Positions 43,028 to 53,691 are shown, counted from the stretch's first letter. The stretch is 64,000 bases of DNA from Myxococcota bacterium (GCA_039194325.1 JBCCWC010000006.1:91187-155186); one strand, 5' to 3'. The notes: generated from the sequence alone by a model not told the origin. Program-made: numbers and translations.

Positions 43028-44107
43028 ATGAAGAGAACCGGTCATTGTGGTCGAATGCTCTTGGTCGCGGGGCTCTCGACTCTCCTGGCAGGATGCTGGG
43101 ACCAGCTGGATATCGGGGCCGACGGCACTCCGGGCATCATGCTCGAAGACGTCGAACTACGGCCGGGAGTCACGGTCGACATCTTCGTCAACGTATATGG
43201 AGACGTCGACGACTTCGACGATGTCGACGACCTCGATTCTTGCCAATTTGCGATCCACGGCGGCGTCTTCGCAGCTGCGTCTTGGCGCCCCTATGCGGAG
43301 GCGCTCGGCGATGGAGAGTGTGTGCTGGCGCCTGATATGCCGGTACGGGGCAACAGCGGCGTCCCGCAGGGTGCATTGTTCGGTGAGCTCGACTTGTTCG
43401 ACTACGTCACCGCGCTCATCGAGGTCCTCGATCGCCTCGATCACCACGACGTCGAGCCCGACACGATCCTCGGGCACAGCATGGGCGGCACGCTGATGCA
43501 GATGATGCAACAGCGGCTAGTGAACGAAGGCAGCAGCCTCGCCCAGCGATTCGACATCACCGAGGCCATCCTGGTCGCCTCGGATCTCCCTGCCGAAGTC
43601 CCTTGGGCCCTCGGCGACAGCGGCGATCTCTCGGATCTCATCGACGCATTCGCCGTAGAGGAGCCTGGGCTCGGCTTGCTCTTCGAGATCCCCGTGGCCT
43701 TGTGGCCCGACTTCTACTTCACCGATCTCAATGGCGCGGTCGTGCCCAACGCACTCACCCCCGAGGAGATCGAGGCCGGTGGATTCAACGCCCTGGGCGA
43801 GCCACTCAAGGCGATCCAACAGCTCAATGGCACTGGCGCATTCAACGCGCGCCCCTCGGCCGCCGCGGGCTTGTTCGCCGCCGGCACTCGATTGCGGGCC
43901 ATCGCTTACGAGCAGGACATCTACGTGCAACTCGGTGAGAGCGATACTTTGTATCAGCACCTGACCGGTGATGCGACCTCGGCCTGCTTCGTGCCGGTGT
44001 TCGGTCCCGACACGACCCACGTCCTTCAGTTCTCCAACCCGCAGAGCCTGGTCGACGCCATCGCGGCCTCCGAGGACTGCGACGACGCACTGGGCGACGA
44101 CGACTAG
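43028..44107 (+). CDS. Alpha/beta-hydrolase lipoprotein
   Basis: Lipobox LAGC, HGG, GHSMGG nucleophile elbow, C-terminal D and H. Confidence 0.85.
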   Translation: MKRTGHCGRMLLVAGLSTLLAGCWDQLDIGADGTPGIMLEDVELRPGVTVDIFVNVYGDVDDFDDVDDLDSCQFAIHGGVFAAASWRPYAEALGDGECVLAPDMPVRGNSGVPQGALFGELDLFDYVTALIEVLDRLDHHDVEPDTILGHSMGGTLMQMMQQRLVNEGSSLAQRFDITEAILVASDLPAEVPWALGDSGDLSDLIDAFAVEEPGLGLLFEIPVALWPDFYFTDLNGAVVPNALTPEEIEAGGFNALGEPLKAIQQLNGTGAFNARPSAAAGLFAAGTRLRAIAYEQDIYVQLGESDTLYQHLTGDATSACFVPVFGPDTTHVLQFSNPQSLVDAIAASEDCDDALGDDD

Positions 44108-45087
44108 ACCGATACCACGCGCTCCAGAAAATCCTCCACGGCGGCCCACACCTGGCGGTGCCCCGCTGGGTTGCGACTCGGATGCAGAATCGAAGATCCA
44201 TGCACGCCGCGTGAGGGCACGTGCAGCACGGCCGATTCGCCCGCCGCCTTCGCGATGGCTCGTGCGGCCTCGACTTCGTTGCCCGGCGCACAGGTGATGA
44301 ACACCGGCACGCGGGTCCTCTGCGCCCAGCCGGCCACGGTGTGCTTGCCCCCCATATACTCACCCGGAGAAAATGCCAGCACCGCGGCCAGCGAGTCGCC
44401 GTGCTCGGATGCGAGCCGAAAGACCAGGGCGGCCGAGTAGCTGCTGCCCCACACGAGGATCTTCGAATAGCCCCCCTGCTTGGCCCAAAGAAGCGCGGCC
44501 ACGAGGTCGCGGTACGCCGAACCAAAGCCCGTGCTCTTGCCCAACGCTTGGACGGTGAGATTGTCGCGACCAAAGCGGCGCTTGCCCGAACGCTGATCGA
44601 TCGCCAGCGCGTGAAGACCGAGCGTCTGGAGCTTTGGAGCGATCGGGGCGTATTCGGCCGCATTGGAGCCGGCCTGGTGAAAGAGCAGCACGATGGGCCG
44701 GGGCTCGTCCGACTCCACGGCATGGAGCAGGCCGTGGACCACGACCCCATCAGCCGCGGACAGCTCGACCGCCTCCGGCGCGAGCGGTACCGGCGATGAT
44801 GACGACGTGGCGCTCCCGGGCTCACGTGAGCTCGACTCTGCCCCCGTGTCATCACCAGCGGGTGGGGCAGCCGTCGAGTTCGTGCGAGGACTCGCCCATG
44901 AGTGTCCGTCGACCTGTCCGTCGACCTGTCCGTCGACCTGTCCGCCGCTTGGCTCGGCGGGCCCGTCGGCCGGCCCGCCGCGTCTGTGCCGGGGAATCAC
45001 CTCGGCCTCGACGCGAGACGACGGCGACCCACCCGAGGAGCACGCGCCCAACAACCCCAACGCTCCGATCCAAACGATCGCTCTCAC
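44104..45087 (-). CDS. Alpha/beta-hydrolase lipoprotein (dienelactone hydrolase-like)
   Basis: LGAC, FHQAGSN..EY, IDQRSG, GSSYSA, FSPGEY, HGS. Confidence 0.85.
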   Translation of the reverse strand: MRAIVWIGALGLLGACSSGGSPSSRVEAEVIPRHRRGGPADGPAEPSGGQVDGQVDGQVDGHSWASPRTNSTAAPPAGDDTGAESSSREPGSATSSSSPVPLAPEAVELSAADGVVVHGLLHAVESDEPRPIVLLFHQAGSNAAEYAPIAPKLQTLGLHALAIDQRSGKRRFGRDNLTVQALGKSTGFGSAYRDLVAALLWAKQGGYSKILVWGSSYSAALVFRLASEHGDSLAAVLAFSPGEYMGGKHTVAGWAQRTRVPVFITCAPGNEVEAARAIAKAAGESAVLHVPSRGVHGSSILHPSRNPAGHRQVWAAVEDFLERVVSV

Positions 45088-45175
45088 GGTGCGCCGATCG
45101 TAACAGCCGCGGCGCCCGCGGAGGGGTCGACGCTGTACCATCCATTGTCGCCCTGCTCGCCCCCATGAGGCATCC

Positions 45176-47686
45176 GTGAAGAAAGTCGTCCGCAACGAAG
45201 CCTTCGACGCCTTTGTCCGTGCCCTTGAGTCGGTCGACCTGGGCACCCGGATCAAGAAGGTCCGCGCCGAGCCACTGTGCCCCGGCGGGCGCGTGCTGAT
45301 GACCCTGTTCGAACGGGTCGATGGCGGGCGACCCCACCCCCGCATGCGCTTCTCGTTCGATGCGGTGGACGATCCTGCGCCGCCCGGATCCCTGTTTGAT
45401 CCGAGCCCCCCGCCTACATCGGCAGCCGCGCTCCGCGAGGCGATCGAAGCGGCCCGGTCGACCCACGCCGACGTGCTCGAGGTCCGGGATCTCGACGACT
45501 CCCTGGCGCCCAAGGGCAGCCCGATCTACTGGCGCAGCCAGATCCGGGTGGGACGCTGCCGCGCCTTGTTCTCCACGATCCGCGAGGCGGTCGAGGCCTG
45601 GTCGACTGACGGAACCCTGCCAAAGCCCGAGCACGCCGCCTGCCAGCGGGTGGTGGCTGAGCTCGAGGACGAAGCCTACGCCGGCGCGATGGCCTTCGAC
45701 GACGCCGACACCGGCACCTACCACAGCTATGGGAAAGACGAGCCCTTCGTGCACTACCTTGAGGCGCTGCTCGAGTCCCTGCCCACCGAGGGCAGCGCAG
45801 CCATGGCGGTGCTCCACTCGTCCACCCGTGAGTCGGTACGACGCCAGCGCGATCAGGCCCAGAACCATCTCGACTGGCTGATGCTCCACAAGTACGCCCA
45901 CGAGGTCATCGAGGAGACCAACATCGAAAGGACCCTGGGCGGCTTCCTCATCGATCGCCAGAGCCGACGGATCGTGTCCGAGGCCGAGGGGTCGGACCCG
46001 CTAGCCCCGCGCTACGAGCTGCTGCGCATCGCACCTGGGGCCGAGCACCCCCACGCAGGCCAGTGGCTCTATCGCGACGGCGACGGCACCCTCCGCCTCC
46101 AGGATCATACGGCCGTCGAGGTCGACGCCGAGCTGGTCCGCCACGCCCCCCGCTCAACCGACGAGCTCACCTTTCGTCGAGCCCCCGGGGATCCGCACCT
46201 GCGCGAGGGGATCCGCTTCGACTGGGACGGCAACGGCTGGGTCCAGCAAGGCAAGATCGAGTGGGTCTCGTGGGCGGGGCACTGCGACGTCAAGGCGGTG
46301 ATGGAGCAGCTGGGGATCACCCTCACCGATGAGCCCCTACCCCAGGTCCAGGAATTCCGATCCGACACCGGCCGCACCCAGACCTACAGTCGTGACCTGC
46401 TGCTGGAGATGGTCGCCAGCATCATGGAGCTGGGCTCGGTCTACCGCCGGATCGACGGTACCGGCCGCATGTACCGGGGGATCCGTCACTTCGGCGGCTC
46501 GCGCAACGATAGCCGCCCCGACCGCCTGCAGTTGTCCGGCAAGGGACCCGGCCGCAGCTTCCGCTGGCCGCTGGGTGGCCGCCGCGAGCTGTTCCAGGTG
46601 GTCTCTTTGAAGTTTCCCGACGGTGACGAGCCCGACATGGGGACCGTGTTCTTTCGCGATCTCCCCGATCTCGAGGCCACCTCGTTCGCCAAGAACCCAC
46701 GCTACGTCAAGACGGTCGAGGGTGACTACAACATCATCGACATCTCGGGGGCCTGCATCGAGGCACGGATCCGAGTCGACCACTTCGACGCGATCACCGG
46801 CTACCCCGAGCAGCGAACCGAGATGACCGTCATCGATCTGCGCCCAGGTGCCGACCCGGGCAAAGACGGCCGCTTCTTCTTGGGCACGCACCTCGACGAC
46901 GTGAACGAGCGCAAGCTCTTTCGGGTGTTCTACGAGCCCGACCCCGGCCGGATCGTCGCCGAGATGGAGACCTACGAGCAGGTCGACGGCCGGTGGACCG
47001 CCCGATCGCTCCCCGAGCTCAACGTAGAGATCGCGCTGACGAACCCGCTACGCTGCACGCTGAGCCGCGAGATGAAGCGTGACGACCCCTCGCAGTTCAC
47101 CGCCCTGCTAAAGCTCGCGCAGCGCCAAGCGCGGAACTTCTGCGCCGACACCGACAAGGAATTGGCGGTGTGGAACGGAGTGGTCACGCACCTTCACAGC
47201 ACCAAGCTCCGAGCCAATGCCGACGCTCGCACCGAGCACTGGCAGGTGGACATCAAGGCCCGCTTCGGCGAGGCCCGGCTGGAGTACCTGCTGCGCCGCG
47301 ACGAGCGGGGCACGCCCGAAGCCTACTGCCCGGCCACGTCCGATCAGCACTGGGCCGAGTGGCCCGATTTCCTGTGGCACGACATACCCGACGTGGGCAG
47401 CAAGGGCCTGCAAGACGACGACTGGATTGTCAACGAGAAGATGGTCGACCGCGCGCTGGTCGACGTCCGCGTGAACGAGGCGGTGGCCAGCGGCTTCTAT
47501 GTCTTTGATGACCACATCAAGAACGTGTTCGAGCTGATCTACTCGGGCCTGGCCGGCTACGCCTACACCGTGGTGCACAACAACAAACGCTACGGCTTCG
47601 AAAGACCAGAGCCCTGGCAAGCCGCGGTCGACCAGCTGACCGAGCGACGCAACGCGCTGACGTTCGAAGACGGCCCGGCCGGCTGA
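45176..47686 (+). CDS. Large protein with transglutaminase-elicitor (GP42)-like cysteine catalytic domain
   Basis: Ordered motifs SWAGHCD, FGGSRND, DDPSQF, FCAD....VWN, EYLL..D..G, PDFLW, paralleling WxGxCH, GxR, DxNPxxF, FxxD....VWNxP, YxLExD..G, HPDFLW as I recall them. Confidence 0.7.
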   Translation: MKKVVRNEAFDAFVRALESVDLGTRIKKVRAEPLCPGGRVLMTLFERVDGGRPHPRMRFSFDAVDDPAPPGSLFDPSPPPTSAAALREAIEAARSTHADVLEVRDLDDSLAPKGSPIYWRSQIRVGRCRALFSTIREAVEAWSTDGTLPKPEHAACQRVVAELEDEAYAGAMAFDDADTGTYHSYGKDEPFVHYLEALLESLPTEGSAAMAVLHSSTRESVRRQRDQAQNHLDWLMLHKYAHEVIEETNIERTLGGFLIDRQSRRIVSEAEGSDPLAPRYELLRIAPGAEHPHAGQWLYRDGDGTLRLQDHTAVEVDAELVRHAPRSTDELTFRRAPGDPHLREGIRFDWDGNGWVQQGKIEWVSWAGHCDVKAVMEQLGITLTDEPLPQVQEFRSDTGRTQTYSRDLLLEMVASIMELGSVYRRIDGTGRMYRGIRHFGGSRNDSRPDRLQLSGKGPGRSFRWPLGGRRELFQVVSLKFPDGDEPDMGTVFFRDLPDLEATSFAKNPRYVKTVEGDYNIIDISGACIEARIRVDHFDAITGYPEQRTEMTVIDLRPGADPGKDGRFFLGTHLDDVNERKLFRVFYEPDPGRIVAEMETYEQVDGRWTARSLPELNVEIALTNPLRCTLSREMKRDDPSQFTALLKLAQRQARNFCADTDKELAVWNGVVTHLHSTKLRANADARTEHWQVDIKARFGEARLEYLLRRDERGTPEAYCPATSDQHWAEWPDFLWHDIPDVGSKGLQDDDWIVNEKMVDRALVDVRVNEAVASGFYVFDDHIKNVFELIYSGLAGYAYTVVHNNKRYGFERPEPWQAAVDQLTERRNALTFEDGPAG

Positions 47687-47970
47687 CCCCATACCAACCA
47701 CCGTCGAGCCCATGCTCGACATCGAGCCCTCACCCCCCGCAATGCGGGCCGCGGGGCCCGTCCCGGCGGCTCGAGTTCAGCACGAACCCCGCCCCGAGGT
47801 CGATCGCACTCCGCTTCGGCACAAACGACGCATTTGTAATCAACTGTTTGATTTTATTGATCAACCAAACACTCCCCCCCGACACCAAAGACCGGTCTGA
47901 CACCCGAGAACAAACCCCTGGCGACTCGCGCATGATGCGGTGCTAGCGTGTTCTCGAACCAACGCCCGCC

Positions 47971-49284
47971 ATGTCCGACGTAATGGACCAGACACTATCG
48001 TCGCTGGACGGCCAACGGGCCGAGTCCGACGCGATGCTGCTCCTGGTCGGCTTGGGCTCTCCCGAGCGGAACTTTGCCCACGCTGGCGCGGTGGTTCCGC
48101 TGGTCGAGGTCCGCTGTGTGCGCTTTGGCCGGGCCAAGGGCGAAACCTACGAGTCCCGCCGGCTCGACGATGCACTCGAGCTGTCGATCCCCCTGCCCTG
48201 GGTCAGCAGCCGTCACGCCGAGCTGTGGCTCGACCAACAAAAGCTCCGCTTGGTCGACCACGGCAGCCGCAACGGCACCTATGTGGAAGGCCACGCGGTA
48301 GGACCGGAGCGCTCCGTGGCGCCCGGCCAGGTCCTCGAGGTGGGGCGCTCCTTTTGGACGATCCGACGAGTGCGCCGCTCCATGTACCACGAGCCCTCCG
48401 ACGCACTCCCGCGGATGGCCAACCCCGAGGTCCGACAACTGCACCGCACCCTGGCCCGCCTCGCCCCGAGCAATGTACCCATCCTCATCACCGGAGAGAC
48501 GGGCACCGGCAAGGAGCACCTGGCCCGAACCATCCACGAGCAAAGCGGCCGCCATGGCCCCTTCGTGACGATCAACGTGGCCGCGGGCGCCATCGACCGC
48601 ATGCTGCACGGCTCGCAGCGCCTGCGCGATGCCCGAGGAGGCACGCTCTACCTCGACGACGTAGGCGAGCTTGCACCCGATGAACAAACCAAGCTCACCA
48701 GCACCCTGATGAGCTATGTCCCCAACGAGTGGCAGCTCGAGCCCGCGGAAGATGCCGAGCTTAGGCTGATCTCGTCCAGCACCCGTGACCTCCGAGCGAT
48801 GGTCAACGCATGCACGTTTCGGCCGGACCTGATGGCACGGCTGGCCGGGTTCGAGGCGCGCCTTCCTCCCCTTCGAGCTCGTCGCGAAGACCTGGGCGCG
48901 CTGGCCCTCGACGTGCTCCGCGAAGAGCATCCCGGACCACCGCCCCAGCTGACCACCGAGGTCTTCCGCTCCCTGCTCGGACACCCCTGGCCATTCAACC
49001 TCCGGGAGCTCCGCCATACCCTTTCGGCTGCGGCGCGCTTGGCCGAGGGCGAGCCCGCCCGGATCGACCCCGATGTGTGGGGGCGGGCCGCCTGGACCGT
49101 GGAGGGAGGCGAGCCCACCCCTACGCGGATCGAGGCGGTGCGCAGCGAGCTGGTGCAGCAGCTCGCTCGTCATCGCGGCCAGCTAAGCGCGGTTGCGGCC
49201 GCCTTGCAGTGCGAGATCGAGGACATCAGGCGCTGGGCTGACCGCTTCTCCTTGCAGCCCGAGCGCTACCACGAAACCGGCTGA
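47971..49284 (+). CDS. FHA + degenerate sigma54-activator AAA + HTH regulator
   Basis: VSSRHA and GSRNGT (FHA), [31 protein letters not shown]. No GAFTGA. Confidence 0.88.
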   Translation: MSDVMDQTLSSLDGQRAESDAMLLLVGLGSPERNFAHAGAVVPLVEVRCVRFGRAKGETYESRRLDDALELSIPLPWVSSRHAELWLDQQKLRLVDHGSRNGTYVEGHAVGPERSVAPGQVLEVGRSFWTIRRVRRSMYHEPSDALPRMANPEVRQLHRTLARLAPSNVPILITGETGTGKEHLARTIHEQSGRHGPFVTINVAAGAIDRMLHGSQRLRDARGGTLYLDDVGELAPDEQTKLTSTLMSYVPNEWQLEPAEDAELRLISSSTRDLRAMVNACTFRPDLMARLAGFEARLPPLRARREDLGALALDVLREEHPGPPPQLTTEVFRSLLGHPWPFNLRELRHTLSAAARLAEGEPARIDPDVWGRAAWTVEGGEPTPTRIEAVRSELVQQLARHRGQLSAVAAALQCEIEDIRRWADRFSLQPERYHETG

Positions 49285-49396
49285 AACCGTCGAATTCGGT
49301 CGTTTTCGGCGCTATGGCCCACCCATGGGCCGGGTGGTCCACCCATGGGCCATCGACGAACCGAGCGCGCGTCGATCACCGCGAGATCACTCGATC

Positions 49397-50524
49397 ATGA
49401 TCTTGGCTCAGCGGTTGCTTCGTTTGAGGGTCGTGCATCTGGTCAATCCTCCCCCCAATCCCTTCGATGTCTTCATCACCCGCGATCCCATCGTGGGCCG
49501 GATCGTTCAACGACTTCAAACCTGGGCTCGAGACGCAGCTGACGGCCTGATTACCGGCGAGTCCGGGGTTGGGAAATCGTTCGCGGCCCACGTGCTCCAC
49601 ATGGCATCGGGCCTGGCGCGTGCTCCGCTCGCGGAGTGCCGTGCGAACGAACCCCTGGGGGTGGCCCACTCGTGGGCCACCCTCGACGAGCACGGCGGAT
49701 TCCTCGTACTCGACGGTCTCGAGCACTGGCCTCTGGACGAACAAGCCGAAATCGTCGGGCGGCTCGAGGCCCGACGCGAGGCGGCGCCTCGGATCCAGCT
49801 GCTCGGGACGAGCCGGCTGCCCCTGTCCCGGCTACAGATCGAGGCCCGGCTCCACCCCGCGCTGGGTCGCCGCTTCGACTCTCGTGCCGTGCACCTACCC
49901 CCCTTGCGCACCCGGCCCGACGATCTGGCCCCCCTGGTCCAGCTGATGCTGCGGCGCTGCGGGCGAGCGTCGGTTCGCCTCACCCCCGAAGCCTGGCGAG
50001 CACTCGCCGACCACGGCTGGCCCGACAACGTCCGCGAGCTGCGACAGGTCGTCGACTCCACGCTGGCCAGCGCCACGACCGAGCAACTCGACGCCCGGCA
50101 CCTAGCCCTCGACCCCCTCGCCCCGCCAGCCCTCGAGGCCATGGCCGACAAACCCTTCGACGACGTGCGACGGGAAGTCGATGCCTGGTACCTGCGCCGG
50201 TTGCTCCATCACACGGACGGCAACCTCAGCGAAGCCGCCCGCCGGGCAGGATGCTCGCGCAAGGTGCTCCGCGACCGCCTACGCCGGCATGGACTCTACA
50301 CGCCGCCGCCGCTGCCGACGTGCCCCACCTGCCTGTGTTCGACCGCGCGAGAGCCGGCCGCCGATCCGTTCACCCCCTGGGCCGATCTCCCGAATATGCC
50401 GGGCGCCATGGTGGCCCGTGAGCGCGTCGTCTCGCCGCTCGCGTGGGGTCAACGGCGGCCCCGTGGTTCGCGACGGCGACCCGGCGGTCGCTGGCGGGTA
50501 GGTCCCGGGTCCGCCGCTGCATAG
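49397..50524 (+). CDS. Degenerate sigma54-activator-like AAA + Fis-type HTH regulator
   Basis: GESGVGKS, LPPLRTR, WPDNVREL, GNLSEAARRAG.SR..L...LRRHG. No GAFTGA. Start uncertain. Confidence 0.8.
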   Translation: MILAQRLLRLRVVHLVNPPPNPFDVFITRDPIVGRIVQRLQTWARDAADGLITGESGVGKSFAAHVLHMASGLARAPLAECRANEPLGVAHSWATLDEHGGFLVLDGLEHWPLDEQAEIVGRLEARREAAPRIQLLGTSRLPLSRLQIEARLHPALGRRFDSRAVHLPPLRTRPDDLAPLVQLMLRRCGRASVRLTPEAWRALADHGWPDNVRELRQVVDSTLASATTEQLDARHLALDPLAPPALEAMADKPFDDVRREVDAWYLRRLLHHTDGNLSEAARRAGCSRKVLRDRLRRHGLYTPPPLPTCPTCLCSTAREPAADPFTPWADLPNMPGAMVARERVVSPLAWGQRRPRGSRRRPGGRWRVGPGSAAA

Positions 50525-50539
50525 CCGCCACCCCGCGCG

Positions 50540-52999
50540 TCACCTTCGACGGCGACGCAGGCCGAGCAGCGCCAACAACCCCAATCCGCTCGCTCGGTCA
50601 CGCCCGTTACTACGACATGCACAGCTCGCGCTGGCCGCCCCCCGAGCGTCACGCTCGGGTTGGGCCTCGGCCAGCGGTCGACCCACCAAGCCTTGGCCGT
50701 CCGACGGGGTCGCCGACTCGCCCGACGATAGCGTGCCCGCAGCCGACTGTACTGGCCTTTTCGAGGCTGGCCCTTTCGAGGCTGGCCCCCGCGTCGGCCC
50801 ACCCGAGGCCGGTCCACCCGAGGCCGGTACGGCCTTGCGCGGGGGCGCATCCCGCCGATCGGCCACGCCCAACTCGTCGAGCAGCGCCCCCGCATCGGCC
50901 ACCTCGTCGAGTACCCACAGCAAGTAGCGTACGTCGACGATGATGTTGCGCGAGCGCTCCACGTTGTAGCCATAGTCCCCGGCGATGTTCTCCCACACCC
51001 GATCGAAGTTGAGCCCGACCCAGCGCCCCTGACCATCGATCACCGGGCTGCCCGAGTTCCCCCCCGTGGTGTCGCCGTTTGCCAGCAGATCGACGGGCAC
51101 GTCGCCGAGCTGGGGGTCGGCCCAGAAGGTCTGCGGAGCCGCGGCGGCCGCGGCCTTGATCGCCGGAGGCAACGCGAAGGGATCGGCTCCGGTGTCCTTG
51201 GCGACCTGCCCGGCCACCACCGTCTGCGGTGTAGCCACCAGGCCATCGCGCGGCGAGTAACCCTGCACGGTGGCGACGCTCAGGCGCAGGGTGCCGTTGG
51301 CATCGGGGTACACCGGGCCACCACGCACCGCCTTGAGCATCTCGAAGTAGCGCGGCCCCAAGACCATGCGCTCTCCTCGCTGACGATCCCCGTCTCGCTC
51401 GTGTTCCTCGAGCGCGTCGACCAGTTCGTGGGCGAGCACCAGCATGGGATCGCGGCTTGCCGCGAGCGTCCCCGCGTCGGCCGAATCGAAGGCCTCCTTG
51501 ACGAACGCGGGATCGGTGACCTTGGTGGCTCGAAGCGCCCGAGCGATGTCTGCCACCCCAAACCCGGTAAAGCGACGCTCGGGCGGCAGTGCTTCGATCC
51601 GCCGGAACAAGACCTCGAGCAGGGCTTGGTCGACCCCGCGATCATAGTCGCGAAGACGCCCTTGCTGCCGCTGCCACAGTCGCTTGGTCGCTCGCTCCTT
51701 GTAGGCTTCGCGGCGCTCCAGATCCGGCTTGGCCTGCTCGCGAGCGCGTCGCACCAGGTCGATGGCGATGGCCAGGCTCCCCGCCCCGCGCGAAAGGTTG
51801 TCGAGCAAGAAATCCGCGTCGAAGCTCGCCCGTCGGTCCTCGCTGAGCCTTCGTAGCCCGTCGAGGACCCCCGTTTGGTCCTCCCCTTGCTCCGCGGCCC
51901 AGGCCGCGAGCCGCTCGTCCTCCTCCTGCCGCGTGCTCAGCAGGCCGTTGCGGCGGATCCCGTCGATCATGCCCCGCGCGTTCTTGTGACGATTGGCTAA
52001 GCTACGCAGCTTGGCCGCGACCTTGATCTTCACCGCCGGATCGGCGGCGCCCCGGCGCTCGAGGATCTCGATCCACTCTCCATAGAGCGCGACCCGAGCG
52101 GGGAGGAACTGCTCGAGCTGACGCTTCACCTCCACCGCCGGCAGGTAGCGGTTGGTCCGCCCCGGATACCCCAAGATCCCGACGAAATCGCCAGGGCCGA
52201 CCCCCTCGGCCCCCACCTCGAGGTGGCGCTCGGGCACGTAGGGCACGTTGTCCTCGGCGTAGGGCGCCGGCTTGCCGTCGGGCCCCACGTAGGCCCGCAT
52301 GAGCGAAAAGTCGCCCGCATGCCGCGGCCACATCCAATTGTCTAGCTCCCCCCCGTAGTTGCCGATCGCCGACGGTGGGGCATAGACCAGGCGTACGTCG
52401 GTCAGCTCGAGGTAACGCAGCAGCTGATACTCGTAGCCATTGTAGAACTCGGCCACCTGGCAGCGGTGACCGGCGCTGGCGGCCTCGCACTCCGCCACCA
52501 GCTGGGCGCGCTGGCGGTCGACCGCCCGCGCCCGCTCGGCCGGATCGGCCTGTGCTTTGGCCAGAGTGCGGATCTTCTCGCTGACGTCCTCGCTCGACAC
52601 GAGCACCTTGACCGTGCTGCCCTTGGCCGGCAGCTCGTCGGCCAGGGTCGCCGCCAAGAAACCGTCGCGTAGATAGTCGTGCTCGACGGAGCTGTTGGCC
52701 TGGATCGCTCCGTAGGCACAATGATGATTGGTGGCCAGCAGGCCCCGGGGCGAGACGAACCCGGCTGAGCAACCCGAGAGGTTGACCGTTGCCCGCATCA
52801 ACCCCCCGTCCTCCGGATTCCAGAGATCTCGGGGCTCCATCGCAAGGCCCATGTCACGCAGCCGAGCCGGATCGAGCTGCGGGATCTGCTTGGGCATCCA
52901 CTGGCCCTCGTCGGCATGCCCGGGCATACCCAGGCCCAGCACGAGCAACGCAGCGCAGCCGACCAGGACTCGACGAAACGACCCACGGAGGACGAGCAT
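50540..52999 (-). CDS. S46-family dipeptidyl peptidase with MYXO-CTERM-like tail
   Basis: ADEGQW.P, GCSAGFVS..GL..TNHHC, DNWMWPRH.GDF, PDANGTLR, TGGNSGSP, FDR; ends CAC...LLALLGLRRRR. Start uncertain. Confidence 0.93.
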   Translation of the reverse strand: MLVLRGSFRRVLVGCAALLVLGLGMPGHADEGQWMPKQIPQLDPARLRDMGLAMEPRDLWNPEDGGLMRATVNLSGCSAGFVSPRGLLATNHHCAYGAIQANSSVEHDYLRDGFLAATLADELPAKGSTVKVLVSSEDVSEKIRTLAKAQADPAERARAVDRQRAQLVAECEAASAGHRCQVAEFYNGYEYQLLRYLELTDVRLVYAPPSAIGNYGGELDNWMWPRHAGDFSLMRAYVGPDGKPAPYAEDNVPYVPERHLEVGAEGVGPGDFVGILGYPGRTNRYLPAVEVKRQLEQFLPARVALYGEWIEILERRGAADPAVKIKVAAKLRSLANRHKNARGMIDGIRRNGLLSTRQEEDERLAAWAAEQGEDQTGVLDGLRRLSEDRRASFDADFLLDNLSRGAGSLAIAIDLVRRAREQAKPDLERREAYKERATKRLWQRQQGRLRDYDRGVDQALLEVLFRRIEALPPERRFTGFGVADIARALRATKVTDPAFVKEAFDSADAGTLAASRDPMLVLAHELVDALEEHERDGDRQRGERMVLGPRYFEMLKAVRGGPVYPDANGTLRLSVATVQGYSPRDGLVATPQTVVAGQVAKDTGADPFALPPAIKAAAAAAPQTFWADPQLGDVPVDLLANGDTTGGNSGSPVIDGQGRWVGLNFDRVWENIAGDYGYNVERSRNIIVDVRYLLWVLDEVADAGALLDELGVADRRDAPPRKAVPASGGPASGGPTRGPASKGPASKRPVQSAAGTLSSGESATPSDGQGLVGRPLAEAQPERDARGAASASCACRSNGRDRASGLGLLALLGLRRRRR

Positions 53000-53078
53000 C
53001 TCGGAGCGGGACCCTACCACCATTACCCGCGTACCTCCCGTGTTGGCCCCGGCGCCGCGGCAAGGCACGATCGTAGGG

Positions 53079-53678
53079 ATGAGCTTCGGTCATCGCCCCG
53101 TGGATCCAGTCGTCCCCGCCCCGCTCGCTCCGGTCACGCGGCGCTGGTTGCTGGCGCTGGCCCGCGACTCGCTGGGCCGAGCGATGGGTCGATCCCCTCG
53201 GCCTCCCGGCGACCCACCAGACGATCCACGGCTGGATCGACCGACCCGAGTCTTCGTCTCGTGGCACGACGGAGCGCGCCTGGTCGGGTGCATCGGCACC
53301 CTGGCCCCCGAGCGCTCCCTCCAAGATGCCGTGCGCCACTACGCGGTGCAAGCGGGGCTCCACGATCCGCGCACCGACACGCCCCGACCCGAGGACCTGC
53401 CTCGACTACGATGCGAGATCTCGGTGCTCACCGAGCCCGAGCCCATGGCCGAGCGTGGTCTCGAGCCGATCACCGCAGCCTTGGTTCCCGAGCGAGACGG
53501 GCTGGTGCTCGCAGACGGGGATCGGCGGGCGGTGTTCCTGCCCGTGGTGTGGCAGAGCTTGCCCGACCCGCGGGAATTCGTGGAGGCCCTGTGCCGCAAG
53601 GCCGGGATCGACCCCCACCGTCGGGGACGCCTCGTCCGCGGTGAGCGATTCTACGCCGACAAGCTGCAAGAATCCTGA
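53079..53678 (+). CDS. amrA: AmmeMemoRadiSam system protein A (AMMECR1 domain)
   Basis: VFVSW...LVGCIG, A...DPR, EISVLT, DGL, AVFLP.VW..LP...FV..L..KAG. Confidence 0.88.
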   Translation: MSFGHRPVDPVVPAPLAPVTRRWLLALARDSLGRAMGRSPRPPGDPPDDPRLDRPTRVFVSWHDGARLVGCIGTLAPERSLQDAVRHYAVQAGLHDPRTDTPRPEDLPRLRCEISVLTEPEPMAERGLEPITAALVPERDGLVLADGDRRAVFLPVVWQSLPDPREFVEALCRKAGIDPHRRGRLVRGERFYADKLQES

Positions 53679-53691
53679 GCACGCCCGCACG

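Noticed and set aside
47690..47970. Sigma54 -24/-12 promoter upstream of the activator-like pair
   Set aside because: I found no TGGCAC-N5-TTGC match with correct spacing by eye.
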